64,000 nt of DNA from Gekko japonicus (Eukaryota), in contig NW_015171578.1 in NCBI RefSeq assembly GCF_001447785.1, positions 187,715 to 251,714 on the forward strand. The letters run 5' to 3'. Positions 38,085 to 51,366 of this stretch are shown one piece after another. Positions within the stretch are counted from its first letter, which is position 1, and each line of letters starts with the position of its first letter. The notes under the pieces are model-generated. The model was not told the origin of the DNA. It made no database searches and worked only from the letters and a program-made list of their open reading frames with translations. The translations under genes were made by a program, and so were the position numbers.

Positions 38085-38732
38085 GATGCTTGAACAGCCC
38101 TGTCCTTGTCCTGAGAGAAGGTTCATCCTCTTGCCTCACACTGGTCTGGGAGACACTGGGAAGAACTGAGAGCTTCTTTTTAAATGAGAGAGAGGTTCTC
38201 TGTGAAGATACGAGACACCCCTACCTCCCAGACTTGGCCACTGATGAAGGTTGCCAAGAGAAGGTTCCTTCTGAACAGCAGTGAGCTGCTGATCATCTTA
38301 TTGCTGACTTTTAAATTCCTCGTCTGACTGATTGTGCTCTTTTGGAGTGTACCAGGGCCACAAATGGGTGATTAATCTTCTTAATGAGCAAGTGCTGTGA
38401 TAAAGGTTATGGCACAATGCAAGAAGGTGTGCATAGACAGCCTCATGTAGCTGGCTGGATGCAAACAGTGCTGGCTCCTTCTGTAGGGAGAATTCAGAGT
38501 ATCTTTCACACACTGTTCATGAGACTGCTAAATTGCAACCGATAATGAAGCTCAAGACAATGCACCCTCCTGGACTGAATCAAGAGCTAGGTTTCCTGTC
38601 TTGTTACCAATGGTAATTTCTCCACACCTACTACCCATCTGCATATCGCACCTATTCCAATCACACCTTCTATTGTTATTCACATGCTATTGTCATTTGC
38701 CTGCTAATGTCATCGGCATATGAAATAACTTC

Positions 38733-41700
38733 ATTCCCCCTCTGAGGAAAGGAGGACATCTTGGGTGATTCCCACCATCCTATCAGGGAGAGGCAGGAAC
38801 TAATTTTCTTCCTCTTCCTGTGTGGTGGAGGAACACCCCCTTTACCTGTTCTATTCCTGCCTCAACAGGTGGAGGATCTTTGTAGGCTTTGCCTCCAAAC
38901 TTTACTGAGTTTTGTCTAACTTTTTCTATATTCTTTCCTATTCTCTTATTTCTTCCTCCTATTACTTCCTTCTTGGCTTCTAGCTCCCTAGTTACTTGCC
39001 TCTTGCAACCTTCTTTCAGCTTTTCTCCCCCCCCACACACACACTTCTTCTCAACCTGAGGGGAAGTTTCGCAGCGGCTGTTAGCAGGCCTTGGGAAATA
39101 GCCACAGAGCACACGTTTTCCAGTGTGCAGAGGCACCCGGATGGCTATCTCTCCGAGGCGGAGACCAATGCCGACAACTTGGACGCACAGTGGGAGGATT
39201 CCGGAGCCGGCATGACCTACTAGCTTGCCTCGGCTGCTGGCGACGAGCCCTGTTCGGGCAGAGAACAGCATGGGAGGAAGTGCCATCATTCTACAGAAGC
39301 TGTGGACATGCCCCGCTCCTGCCCATCGGCTGACAGTGGTGGCCACCTTGGCTCCCATTTTTTGGTGGGAAACGCTCCCAGGCTCTCCTGTGACCGCCGG
39401 CCCAGTTTAGAAGAGCCCATTACCAACCCCCCTAGCGGGAGACTTCAGTAGAGGATTGTCCCTCCCAGGACAATCAGTCACTGCCGGCACAAAGTATCTC
39501 CAGGTCATCATGGGTAATGTACCTCTTTCAGGGAACGACCTCCTCCCACAGAATTTAATGGAGTCCCTCAGGCATGCCGTGAAGAAAGAAATCGCCAATT
39601 TATGCCAACTAGGAGACATGGGTTCCCTCACTCCTCGTTCAAACTCTCCTCTGTCCCAGACCCTCTAGAGCGATCCAGGTCCAAAGATAGGAAGGGAAGA
39701 TGGCCAACTAAAGCAGCCAGGAAACAACCTCCCAGAGACAGGCATTCCGACTCAGAGAGAGAACAGTCCCCTGATGACTCTTACAGGGGACAAGGAAGAG
39801 GGGAAGTTCCTTTCTGATTACGAAGTTGAAGACATTAGTGTTCCCCAACGGTCTGCACGTTTTTTCAAAGCAGAGGACTATCAATATCTAATTGCTAAGT
39901 CTCTGTCAGCCCTGGAGCTCCATGATGTTCCATTGGGGGAGGAGACGGTTAGCCCAGGTACCAACCCCAGAAATAGGTCCAAAGGAAGGGAGGAATTTTT
40001 TCCTAGATACACAACCTCTGAGCGAGTATTTCTGACAACTAAAAGCAGAATGGGTGAAACCCACTTCCAACAGACAGTTTCCTAGTTTTGTGAAAAAACT
40101 GTGTGACTTGCCCTCTTTTGCCAGTGAGAAGTTGCAGGTACCCCTGGTGGATGCTTCTGTGGCTGCACTCCAAGTGTATGGTCTCTTATCAGGGCTCGGT
40201 ACATGACAACCTGGACAAGGAAATAGACACAGCACTTAAGAGATCTCATGAAGCCACTGCAATGGCTATTAAGGCTTCAGCTACAGTTTCAGTAGTAACC
40301 AGAGCCATCATTGTCTGGATGCGAAAACTTGTTCAGGTACAAGAGACTCTTAGAGGGAGCAACTAGAATTTTGAAAGCATCAGCGTTTTCTACGGATGTA
40401 TCCCTGGATGCCCTTACCTTTTCATCATGAGCCATGTCCTTGGCAGTCATAGCGAGGAGAGGAATCTGGTTGTGCGCCTGGCCAGCGGAACTACAGTCAA
40501 AATCTTTCATGTTAGCCTACCCATTCCAAAGGAAAAAGCTATTTGGAGACCATCTTGATAGGATATTGGTGGAGACGAGGGACAAAAAAAAGCAATACCT
40601 AAGAACCTGCATCATCCTGATAAAAAGGATCTGGTACTCAGTCCTTTTGTTCCTCAAGCTCAACATATAAGTCCAAACAGGATCTGCAGAGACCTTCCTG
40701 AGAATATTCCAAGCAAACCTACAGGAAGGGTTTCACTGGATCTCGATTTGGAAGACAGTTGTCCAACCAAAATGACAAACAGGATTGAGACAACAAGACT
40801 ACTAATGCATGATTCAGAGGAGATTCCGGTGGGAGAGACGGCTGCTTTGTTTCCAGGCAGCATGGATAGATTCCCAAGCAGATTCTTGGACATTAGAAAT
40901 AACCTCAAAAGGATATTCAGTACAATTCAGGAAAACTGCACTGGATCATTTCCTCCGTTGTCTTACTTCAAATGGAATATCCTTTAACGTTCTGATAGCA
41001 TTTTCCCCCACTTTCAGGGGTGCTCCAGACACCGCTTTCAGGACTGCATCCCTTATTTGCCTCTTCGAGAATCTTACAACAATTTCCCCCAGCAGGTTAT
41101 TTTTCTTTATATAGCCTGAATATGATCTATAGACCACATCCATCTCGCTTTTCAATTGATCCTCTTTCATATCTGCCACTGGGGCTAATAGCTCACACAT
41201 CCGTTCTTTAAGATTCTCACCCGGTATTTCTGGAACACCTTGGAAGCGAAGAACCATGTTGGCCTTATCCATTTGAACTTGTAATAATTGATCTTTCATT
41301 AAAACTTGTTCAGTCTCCAGCTTCTTGACTTTTTTCTTCACCTTTTGGATATCCTCAGCCACTTCCTTCACTTTTTCACTGTCCTGCAAGGCAATTCAAC
41401 ACTTGATGGACATTTTGGCAGTAGAACCATTACCACCAGATCAGAAGGGACAGGGGAGTTACTCCATATTTTTCACAGTCCCCAAAAAAAACGGACTGGA
41501 GGGCCATCTTAGATCTGAAATTCTTAAACAAGTTCATCAAATTAAGGCATTCCCATATGGAGACCCTCAAATCAATAATGTAGGCTCTACAACCAGGAGA
41601 ATACCTTGCTTCCCTGGACCTCACTGAAGCATATCTTCATAATCCCGATTCTGCCACTCCACAGATGCTTCCTGAGGTTTTGTGTAGGAAACTCTCATCC

Positions 41701-44625
41701 GCAATTCAGAGCCCTGCCCTTTGATCTGGTGAGCGCTCTGAGACTGTTCACCAAAGTGCTAGTCAACCCAGTAGCCCATCTGAGAAAAAAGAGCATACAT
41801 GTGCATCCATATCTCTTAATCTGTTTCCATACCAAAATGAAGGCCCTTCAGGACATTCAAGAGACCATTCATTGCTTCCAGTCCCACGGTTTTCTTATCA
41901 ACTTGGCCAAATGTTCACTCTCTGATGCAGGAGCTGGAACATCTTGGGATGGTAATAGACACCAGACCATTTGCCTGCTAATGTCATTCGGCATATGAAA
42001 TCACTCCATTCCCCCTCTGAGGAAAGGAGGACATCTTGGGTGATTCCCACTATCCTAACAGGGAGAGGCAGGAACTAATTTTCTTCCTCTTCCTGTGTGG
42101 TGGAGGATAAGATACAGAAAACCACGCAAATGGTGAAAATAATTGTCAGCAGCACCCACTCATCCTTACTCACCTTGGCCAAGGTGATGGGCATACTGAT
42201 CTCCAACACAGAGGTGATGCAATGGGGTCACTTCCACACAAGACAACTCCAGTTTCTTCTCAGACTATACCAAACCCAAATAATGGGGAAATGGGACACC
42301 TCAGTACAAGTGCCTCTTCTAGTGTGGGAGAGCCTAAAGTGGTGGACAAGAGAGTTCAGCCTCTGTCGGGGAAAGAGGTTTTATTTCAGCAAGGAACTTC
42401 AGCTGTTCACAGACACAAGCCTTCAGGGTTGGGGGTCAACCTTGACCCGCACAGGGACGATGGACACAGAGAATCTCGTCTCCCCATCAATATATTGGAA
42501 TTGAGAGCAATTCGGCTGGCTGTACTCCATTATGGCGACAAGGTGAGAGGTCAGCACATTCTGGTTCTTACGGACAATGTCTCTGCCAAAGCTAACATAA
42601 ACGACCAGGGGCCCCCAAATCGTCATCTCTGCACAAGGAAGCAGTGATACTCTTGACTTGGGCAGAAAAGAACCTGGCATCACTCAGAGACGAACTTGTA
42701 AGGGGATTAGGCACTATTCAAGCGGATTGGCTCAGCAGACAGAAAATACAACTGGGGGAGTGGATGCTGAAGAAAGAAGTTTTCAACTGGATTCTGGACC
42801 CCTGATAGATCAGTTTGCATCTCATCGGAACCACTATCTATCCAGGTTCTACACCAGGTTTTTCCATCACAAAGCAGAAACGACGAATGCCCTAACCACT
42901 CACTGGCTACGAGGTCTACTGTATGCTTTCCCATTGATTCCAGTCATACCAAAGTTACACAGAAGATAAGGCAACAAAAAGCAACAGTCCTGTTAGTGGC
43001 TCCGTGGTGGCCTCGTTGACCTTGGTTCTCAGCACTCCCAACAGATGTCTGTATCACCACCTGATCACTCAAGGCACCCTCGTCCAGAACGTCTACATCT
43101 GACCATGTGGACCTTGAACAGCTCTCTCATATGACACTTGGCTGTTTTTCAGATGTGACCAGTACGATCCTTGCATCCAGAAAGGATTCCACTACTAGGA
43201 TATATAATGTCTCCTGGAAGCCTTTTCACAGGTGTTCAGAAGGAAAGCTGTCAATGTTATGGAACCATCTAGTCAATCAATTCCGGACTTCCTGAATGAT
43301 GGCCTAAAATCTGGTTTGAAACTGGCCACTCTCAGGAAACAGGTTGCAGCACTAGCGTCAGTACTTTCACAATCAAAAGGATACTCTTTATCGTCACACC
43401 CCCACATTCGTAGATTTTCAAGAGGGGCAACTTTACACAGTCCTCCACAGGTTCATAGGTTCCCCACATTGTGGCTTCATCCAGTCCTGTCAGCACTTAC
43501 AAAACCACCATTTGAACCCATTCAGGATATTCCTTTGGTTACGCATGAAGACAATATTTTTGGTCGCAGTAACTTTGGCTAGATGCATATCTGAACTCAG
43601 CGTGCTTTCAACTAACCCAGGACTGCGTGTGTTCTATAGGGACAAAGTGGTTCTTTGTACAGATCCCACCTTTATACCAAAAGTCACCTCTAGTTTTCAC
43701 AGATCTCAGGAAATATACCTACCTTCCTTTTGTCCTGATCCGAAGCCCCCTAGGGAGAAGTCCTGGCATACACTGAATGTTCGTAGGTCTCTTAAAGCAT
43801 ACCTGATATGGACCACCAGCATTAGGATGACAGTCAATGTTTATAAACATTTCTCCTCCCAACCTGGGACACATGATGTCCAAATCAGCAATCAGTTTCA
43901 CAACTAAATCATGCCTAGTGGCATGATTTACAAGTCTCTCAGTATTGAGATCCCCCAGGGATTACAGCACACTCGGTGAAGAGTGCAGCCACCAATGCTG
44001 CATTTGCTAAACATGCTTCAGTAGAGGAGGTCTGTAGAGCAGCGACTTGGTCCTCCATTTCCACCTTTGTGAGGTATTACAAGCTGAATGTCTGTGATTC
44101 TGCAGATGCCTCATTTGGAAGAAGAGTCCTACAGCGTGATAGCAGAAGGGAGCAGTATCCCACCCAATGTTTAAGGTACTGCTATGGGAGCACCCAAGAT
44201 GTCCTCCGCCTCAGAGGGAGAGAGACCCTTGGCACTTACCGTGAGGGGTCCTTCTCCTCTGAGGAAGGGTGGACATCTTGCCTCTCCCAATTACATCGCT
44301 GTCCTCCTGGCGCTGTTCTCTTCTTCCATACCTCTTCTACGCTGCTTCATTCTGAGCTAATGTTCTCCATGTTCTTTTTGTACGTTATCGTTGTTGTAAG
44401 TTCAACTTCATGTTCTGAGCTTACGTCTTGTTAGCATAGGAACTGGTTACGTTTGGAACTGCTGTTTGGAGTCATCTGAACTGAGAAAGGGGGTGTTCCT
44501 CCACCACACAGGAAGAGGTTGAAAATTAGTTCCCGCCTCTCCCTGATAGGATGGTGGGAATCACCCAAGATGTCCTCCTTTCCTCAGAGGAGAAGGAGCC
44601 CTCACGGTAAGTGCCAAGGGTCATT
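38733..44625 (+). mobile_element. Full-length, decayed DIRS1-like tyrosine-recombinase retrotransposon
   Basis: Left ITR ~38736-38851 inverted with ~44479-44590; right extension 44591-44625; internal complementary region 44191-44280; gag-like, RT (QFRALPFDL), RNase H (FTDTSLQGWG, INILELRA, TDN), methyltransferase-like (DQFAS, YAFP) and YR (HSVKSAAT..EEVCRAATWSS..F..YY) remnants; TCATT at both junctions. Confidence 0.92.
40950..41387 (-). mobile_element. L1-clade ORF1 internal fragment captured inside DIRS
   Basis: Coiled-coil plus LRFQGVPE..GENL..IVVRF..RDAVLK..KDIP..RRK; no polyA tail or TSD. Confidence 0.75.
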
Positions 44626-45042
44626 CTCCAAAATATAGGACATATGGACTGACATTCTAGCTGTATTTGAAGTGAGCAGTGACTCACAAAAGTGCCTACC
44701 CTGCCACAAATTTTGTTAGTCTTTAAGGTGCTCCTGGACTTTTGCTCTTTTCTGCTGCTACAGACAGACTAACACGGCCACTCATCTCAATCTATCCACA
44801 TTCCTGGTTATGCAATGTATTCTTTCCATCTGCTGTCTCAGAGGACTCATCCAAAGGAATCACGTGAGAATAGTCTAGCATTCCACGCTGCTTCTTCTTT
44901 CTGGACAAAATGTCTCTCTTTGCCAGTGCATAGATTGCTTTGGTGTTACTCTTTATGTAGGTCATTTGGTCGGACTGCAGTCCCGTGATTCTTTGCCTAA
45001 GAGCGTCATAAAAAGTAGTGATTTGATTCCTTTGTGTCACAG

Positions 45043-45248
45043 GAAATGGTTGAAGCTGCAGGTGAGGATGAAAGGGAACTGGCCGCAGAGATGGCAGCAG
45101 CGTTTCTGAATGAGAACCTTCCCGAGTCCATCTTTGGTGCCCCAAAGGCAGGAAATGGGCAGTGGGCATCCATCATCCGGGTGATGAACCCCATCCAGGG
45201 CAACACTTTGGATCTGGTCCAGCTGGAGCAGAACGAAGCGGCCTTTAG
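45043..45248 (+). CDS. SF3B3: SF3B3 exon 19
   Basis: EMVEAAGEDERELAAEM...QNEAAF. Confidence 0.97.
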
Positions 45249-45677
45249 GTAAGGAGGAGCCCATATGCCAACGAAAGGCCTCTTGGAAGGTTGCTCCTTT
45301 CCCCTTTGCTGAGCAACACTGGAGCGTAGCCTCCAAGGCTGCCGACCGTCTCCCTTGTCTGAGCATGCCTTGTAAATGCACCAGTCACAGAATCACTCCT
45401 GATGTGGCTGTCAGACAATAGCAGTGTCGTGTTAAGAGCAAATTGCATATTTTTGTCCACTTGGGAACACTTGACAGGATTTGATCACAGCAGAATAATG
45501 GATAAACTGTGCACCTGTCTGTCCGTGGTGTTTAAGAGTGGCAGTCCTGCCCCATGTAAAGGGTTCTGGCTTTCCAGAGGTCCTCTCTCTCCCCCTTCTC
45601 TTCCAAAGCATCCTTTGCTAGAGCTTCCTGGGAGAGATTGCTTATTCCAGTCACGCTCTTGATTCTCCCGTTCTCAG

Positions 45678-45834
45678 TGTGGCAGTGTGCCGATTTGCCA
45701 ACGGTGGTGATGACTGGCATGTCCTGGTGGGAGTGGCCAAGGACCTGATCCTGAACCCCCGCTCAGTTGCTGGAGGGTTTGTCTACACTTACAAGCTGGT
45801 AAACAGCGGAGAGAAGCTGGAGTTTCTGCACAAG
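45678..45834 (+). CDS. SF3B3: SF3B3 exon 20
   Basis: VAVCRFANGGDDWHVLVGVAKD...LEFLHK. Confidence 0.97.
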
Positions 45835-46400
45835 GTGGGTACCTGATAGAGGTTGGGAAGGGGGTAATGATGTTGGTAGGAATAGCAACCAGCCTCTCTT
45901 AGGAGCTGCAGAAGGGGGGGGGGGTCCCACCTTCTCTGTGCCACGTGTTGCTTTCACCTAGTCCAGGTTTGCAGCAATGTTGCTGCTGTGTAAGGGGCAG
46001 TGACCACATCTGTCACTCAGACTGGAGATTTGAAGCAGTGTTTGCAAGTCTGAACCAAAAGCTGCTGGGAGATGGAAGTCTGGTTGGTGCTGGCGGGCAC
46101 TTTCAGAAGCCCTGGGAATGTTGCTGGGATCCTGATGGGACTGCTTCTTTTTGGGTGCTGGGGGCGGTTACAGCTGAGTGACAGAATATGTCGTTGATTT
46201 GCAAAAGGTCTCAGTAGTTTTGGCTAAAGGGCCTTCAGGAGGTGCTGGGGAAGACCTTTGTGCGCTTGAGACTGTAGAGTTCCGCCTCTGAGTCAGAGCA
46301 GAAGGCCAGTGGTCTAACCCGGTAGAAGGCAACACCATATATTCACATGTGGATAGATTTTTATCCCTCCTTCCAAGGAAGTTCTTGAGTCAGCTGCAAG

Positions 46401-46466
46401 AAATGTGTGAGCCAGAGGCTAAAAAACTGAGCTAGCTCACACTGACTCAGCTTAGAGGGAACACTG
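46401..46466 (-). mobile_element. Partial copy of the CAGTGTTCCCTCTAAGCTG hAT MITE
   Basis: One TIR end only. Confidence 0.75.
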
Positions 46467-46807
46467 GACCTTGGGTGGGGGGACTGCTAGCTCTTGTGAA
46501 AAGGAACTCAGCTGGGGGCTGCTTGACTCTGAGCTTTCTCTCATCCATTGTGAACAGATAGGCTAGTCTGTCATGTTCATCTTCTCCAGTAGTGCAGTCA
46601 GGCTTCAGACTGCAGGGGTCTTTCTCAGCATGACCGGGGAGGCTCTACAAGCTGCTGACAGGCTGTACTCTTCCCCTGCTAGTGTTCTGCGGGGGCTTGC
46701 CTGTTCTCCTAGGAAGGAGCGGAGTGTTGCAAACTCTGGGCTGCCTTCGCAGTGGTTCTTTCTGTGCATCTGTCCTGGCTTGTCTAATACCTGCTTCTCC
46801 TGTTCAG

Positions 46808-46933
46808 ACTCCAGTGGAGGAGGTGCCGGCAGCTATTGCCCCGTTCCAAGGCCGCGCGCTCATCGGTGTGGGGAAACTGTTACGCGTCTATGACTTGGGC
46901 AAGAAGAAGCTGCTGCGAAAGTGTGAGAACAAG
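46808..46933 (+). CDS. SF3B3: SF3B3 exon 21
   Basis: TPVEEVPAAIAPFQGR...RKCENK. Confidence 0.97.
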
Positions 46934-47606
46934 GTAGTGACATTCGTCCTTGAACTGGGGAGCCTGAAGGGGCACTTCAGCTGAGTTGCTTGTTTTGCAC
47001 ACTTTGGTTTGAAACAGTGTAGGAAGTTGAGAGGGGGGGGTGCTTCGAATTTCAGTGTTGTCTCTACCTGTCAGATCTCTTTGCATGTTAGTTACTGTTA
47101 TTTGTCTGCCAAACAGTGCAGGTGTCTGCAGCAGATGCCTCCCTTTCTCCATAAGCAGAGGAAGGTATCATATTAAGACTGGGTTACACCTCCCACTTGC
47201 TCTGCTAGACGGCATATGCCAGTCTCCAGTGCTGAAGGGACCACTGATGCAGCATGTCGTTTGGAGCTATTATGTAGGAACACCGTGTGCAGAACTTGGG
47301 GTGCGGGAGGAAGGAGTCAAGTGACTGTTGAGAGTCCAAGAACTTCCATTGCAGTTGCTGATCCCAACTTCTCACTGTCTGGTAAACTTGAGAGCAGAAG
47401 TAATTTCCTTGATATCTGCAATGATGTAAGTGCTATCCTTGACTGAGCCTAGACAGCAAAGATTTTGAGGATCCATTCGTACGCTGGGGTCAGGGATGAA
47501 ATCAGGACCCCCTAGGCAGGAGGTGCCTTAAGCAGGCTCTTGTGATGAGGGAGAGACCCCTTCCTGCTCCTTATTTACCCATCTGGCTTGCTTTCCTTTG
47601 AACTAG

Positions 47607-47819
47607 CACATTGCCAACTACATCTGTGGGATCCAGACGATTGGGCACCGGGTGATTGTCTCGGACGTCCAGGAGAGCTTCATCTGGGTGCGCTACAAGA
47701 GGAACGAGAATCAGCTCATCATCTTTGCCGACGACACCCACCCGCGCTGGGTCACCACCGCCTGCCTCCTGGACTATGACACTGTGGCCGGAGCCGACAA
47801 ATTCGGCAACATTTGCGTG
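47607..47819 (+). CDS. SF3B3: SF3B3 exon 22
   Basis: HIANYICGIQTIGHRV...DKFGNICV. Confidence 0.97.
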
Positions 47820-48095
47820 GTGAGTCTTGGCTTTGAGGACAGACAAGAGAGGGCTCCTCTTGCACTCTCCTTTTATTTCCATAGGATGCCCAGCATGAGA
47901 GACTGGGGTGCTGTGGAAATGCTCCCTCTTGGCTGTTGCCCAGCGGTGGGTGAGACGGCAAGGCCTTGGCTCCTGTTGGATTGAGGCTTGCTTTTGCTGC
48001 GTCTTCCGTTGGTTTGAGAGAGTCTCAGTTTACCCCTGCGATAACCTCTCACAGTTCTTGCTGTGGGCCTCATTTTGGTTTGTTCCCCGACACAG

Positions 48096-48194
48096 GTGAG
48101 GCTGCCTCCCAACACGAACGATGAGGTCGATGAAGACCCAACGGGCAACAAAGCTTTGTGGGACCGAGGGCTTCTCAACGGAGCTTCGCAGAAG
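48096..48194 (+). CDS. SF3B3: SF3B3 exon 23
   Basis: VRLPPNTNDEVDEDPTG...NGASQK. Confidence 0.97.
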
Positions 48195-48541
48195 GTGACT
48201 CTGGGGCAGGAACCCCTCTGCTTGGGTGGGCCAGTTCTTGGGTGGGTTGTTGGTGTGTATCGGTAGAGAAATACAGAGTATAAAAAAATCAAGTATCCAT
48301 GAAAAAACAATGCATTAAAATGCATGGTCCATTTTCAAGGATCAAAGCAACCGCAGCCTCCGTGGGGCTTCGTCTTTCTGCTGTAGCCAGGGAAAGCCTT
48401 TTGAGAATGAAGGTGTCCTGATTGCTCTTGCTCCTGTCAAAGGAGCACATGCCTCTGGGGTGAATGGCGGGTGGTGAGGTGGCCCATGCATGAGAGGAGC
48501 CCGAGCTGTCTACTGAAGTGTGCTGCTTGTCTGACTTCCAG

Positions 48542-48685
48542 GCAGAGGTGATTATGAACTACCACGTCGGAGAAACCGTGCTGTCTCTGCAGAAGACCAC
48601 GCTGATCCCAGGGGGCTCCGAATCACTCGTCTACACCACCTTGTCAGGCGGCATCGGCATTCTAGTCCCGTTCACGTCACATGAA
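48542..48685 (+). CDS. SF3B3: SF3B3 exon 24
   Basis: AEVIMNYHVGETV...PFTSHE. Confidence 0.97.
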
Positions 48686-49888
48686 GTAAGCACAAGGGAG
48701 GGGACGGTGCTGCATCCTGCTCAGTTTCGAAAGACTCGGGCCTCAGATGGGAGGGAGGCATCTGCTGGATGCTCAGCTTTGCTTTCTGGTGGTTCTGGTT
48801 TTGGTTTGCTTGTATTCCCCCTCCCCAGGGAAGCTGTGTTTGGCCCTCCTGCCTCCTCCATAGGCAGAATCTGATCCCGACAGCTTTTGTTGACAGGAGT
48901 GCCAGCCAGCTCCACCCACATGAAACAGGATTGTTGTGTCAACACTGCAGTTTGGAACAGACCTCAGTGGTGCTGTAGACTGTAGCAGATTTGACTGTCC
49001 AACCTAAGGCCCCTGAAGTTCCCAGTTCCTACACACAGTAGTTTACATTTTCCAATCCCCCCTCCGCAGATTTATTGTGTTGGAGAAGGGTCACTTGGGT
49101 GTATTTGTCAACCCTGCAGGCTGACCTGGAACTTATAGCTAGTGATGGTTACAAAACCTCCTGCCAAATAGCTCCCTGAATTTTGGGTTTCCATATTACT
49201 CGAAATGTTTACCAGAGCGGAACCCATGATGTTGGAATCTGGGGTTCTTGAGAATTGTTTCAAAACATCAGCAGAAAGAACCTGGGGGTAGGGTGTGTGT
49301 GTGTGTCTTGTTTTCTGCATCTCTTGCAGTATAAAAAAGAAACCCCTTCAAAATGAAGCCTTTTGTGTATCAGACCTATAATTATTATTTTGCCTTTGTG
49401 AAGCAGGGGGTTAGTGTTGAAGAGGTTTCTTATCTTTTAATGATGTGTAAGATGGAAGCTGCATACATAAAAAGTTTACTGAATACTAGGGGTTTCCTGC
49501 CATGCTAAGATGTTAAGGCTTTCTTGCTTTTATGCTGCATGTGCAAAGAGAGAGCATTTGTGCTTATCTCCAACATAAATTATTTTAATGGTTTTCAGTA
49601 CTCCAGGAGTGATCTTAAAAGTCCTTCTCTAACCTGATTTCAAGGCCATTGTTGTGCTGTTTATACTTCTGTGGAAGGCCAGCAGAAATAAGTACAGTTT
49701 TCAGGGAAGAAGGGTTGCTCAATTTTTAAATAAGTACTTCTCACTCTCAAAAGAATAAGCATTTTTCCTGCAGGAAATCTGTTCCCAAAGAGAGTGGAGC
49801 TGAGCCTGTTCTTTCCTCCTGAGCCCTGTTATGCCACTGTGACTTCTTGTTAAACTGTTCCCTCATTGTTATTCTTTGCTGCCTTCAG

Positions 49889-49993
49889 GATCATGACTTC
49901 TTCCAGCATGTCGAGATGCATCTCCGGTCTGAGCACCCTCCTCTTTGCGGACGGGACCATCTCAGCTTCCGCTCCTATTACTTCCCTGTAAAG
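49889..49993 (+). CDS. SF3B3: SF3B3 exon 25
   Basis: [15 protein letters not shown]...YYFPVK. Confidence 0.97.
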
Positions 49994-50587
49994 GTAGGCC
50001 AGGCTCTGAACTGATCAGCAATGGGGCAGGGCTTTGGGCTCAGTAGTTTCCCTCCTCTGCAGCTCCTCGGGGCAAACGGGGCATGCCTCCCAGCTTGAGC
50101 GTCTGCTTTGCATGCAGAAGGTTCCATATTCACTCCCTGGCATTTTCAGTTGAACAGGTATCCCAAAACACTGGAGAGCCACTTCCAGAAAATATTGACC
50201 CTTGATGGACCAGTGGCCTGTCTTGGTATAATGCAGCTTAAATAAAGGGGTCAAAGTCCATTTGTAGTAGACAATCTGCTTTGTGTACAGAACAGCTGGA
50301 GTTCAGTTGCTGGCATCTCCAATGAAAAGGATCAGGTAGTGGGTGATAGGAACAGCTTTTTCTCTTCTCCAGAGGTGCTGCCAGGCAGAGTAGACAAGCC
50401 TAGCCAGTAGAAGGCAGCTTCATGGTGTTCGAGTGGGTGCCAAGTGAGGTGGCTCAGCCCTTCCTTTCATGGGGCAAGAGCCCCCTCATTCCCAACAGCC
50501 TCCTTACCCTTGAACTAGCAGTAGTGGGTACCTGTAAATGTGGACATTTTGTGTGTGCAAGAATGCATTCCTCTTTAAGACTGCCTG

Positions 50588-50625
50588 CACACGCACGCAC
50601 GCACACACACACACACACACACACA
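50588..50625. repeat. (CA)n/(CGCA)n microsatellite
   Basis: Direct inspection. Confidence 0.9.
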
Positions 50626-51366
50626 AACAAAGAGGAAGGGCAGCCGTGGTGGCAAACTGGGGCTCCTAGCTTCTATCCCTGTGAGTAACCGGACTGTACA
50701 AGTTGCCTGCTGTTGGCTATGCATCCTGAAGCATGACTTCAAGGCATACGATGCAGGCCCTGTGCTGAAGCTGTAAGGAGGCCTGGTGCTGGTCAGTGAC
50801 CGGATAAACAAGTGCCTGGGGAAACCCCCCCCCCCCCATTTTCCAAGAAAGGGGTGGTAGTGGGAAAGTGCTGTCAAGTTGCAGCCAATGTAGGGTGACC
50901 CTATAGGGTTCTCAATGCAAGGTGTTCAGAGGTGGTTTACCGTTGCCTGCCTCCATGTAGTGAACCTGGAATTCTTTTTTTTTGGGGGGGGGGGGGAGAA
51001 AAGGCAGGAGAAAACTATAATAAGGGCATGTTGTGCTTTTTGTGTCACCAACCCAGTTGCTTCTTAGCATGATGCGAACTGACTGATTTGGTTTTTCGCT
51101 CTTCTAACAGCACTCCCCTTGAAATGTGTTGAGCGCATAGAGTTCGTTTAAAGGCATTTCCTCGTCTTTAGCGTTGGCTTTGATAGGGCTTTTTGCACCT
51201 CTTTGGCAGAGTCTTGCTTGCTTGGCAGTCCCATTTTGCCCTTCCCTTTGCATCTCTCAACTTCTGTGATCTACCATAACCTGCTCTGGTGTTTTTGCCC
51301 AGAGAAGTAATCGCTTGTGTATGGGACATACTGATTCTAAAATGGCCACCTTCTTCCTCCCACTAG

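Larger units (their letters stand above)
38521..44790 (+). mobile_element. Penelope-like element 3' remnant (38521-38732 + 44626-44790) split by the DIRS insertion
   Basis: GIY-YIG C-terminal-like ETAKLQPIMKLKTMHPPGLN at 38521; decayed hammerhead motif and TTGTTAGTCTTTAAGGTGC pLTR-type sequence at 44660-44735. Confidence 0.7.
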
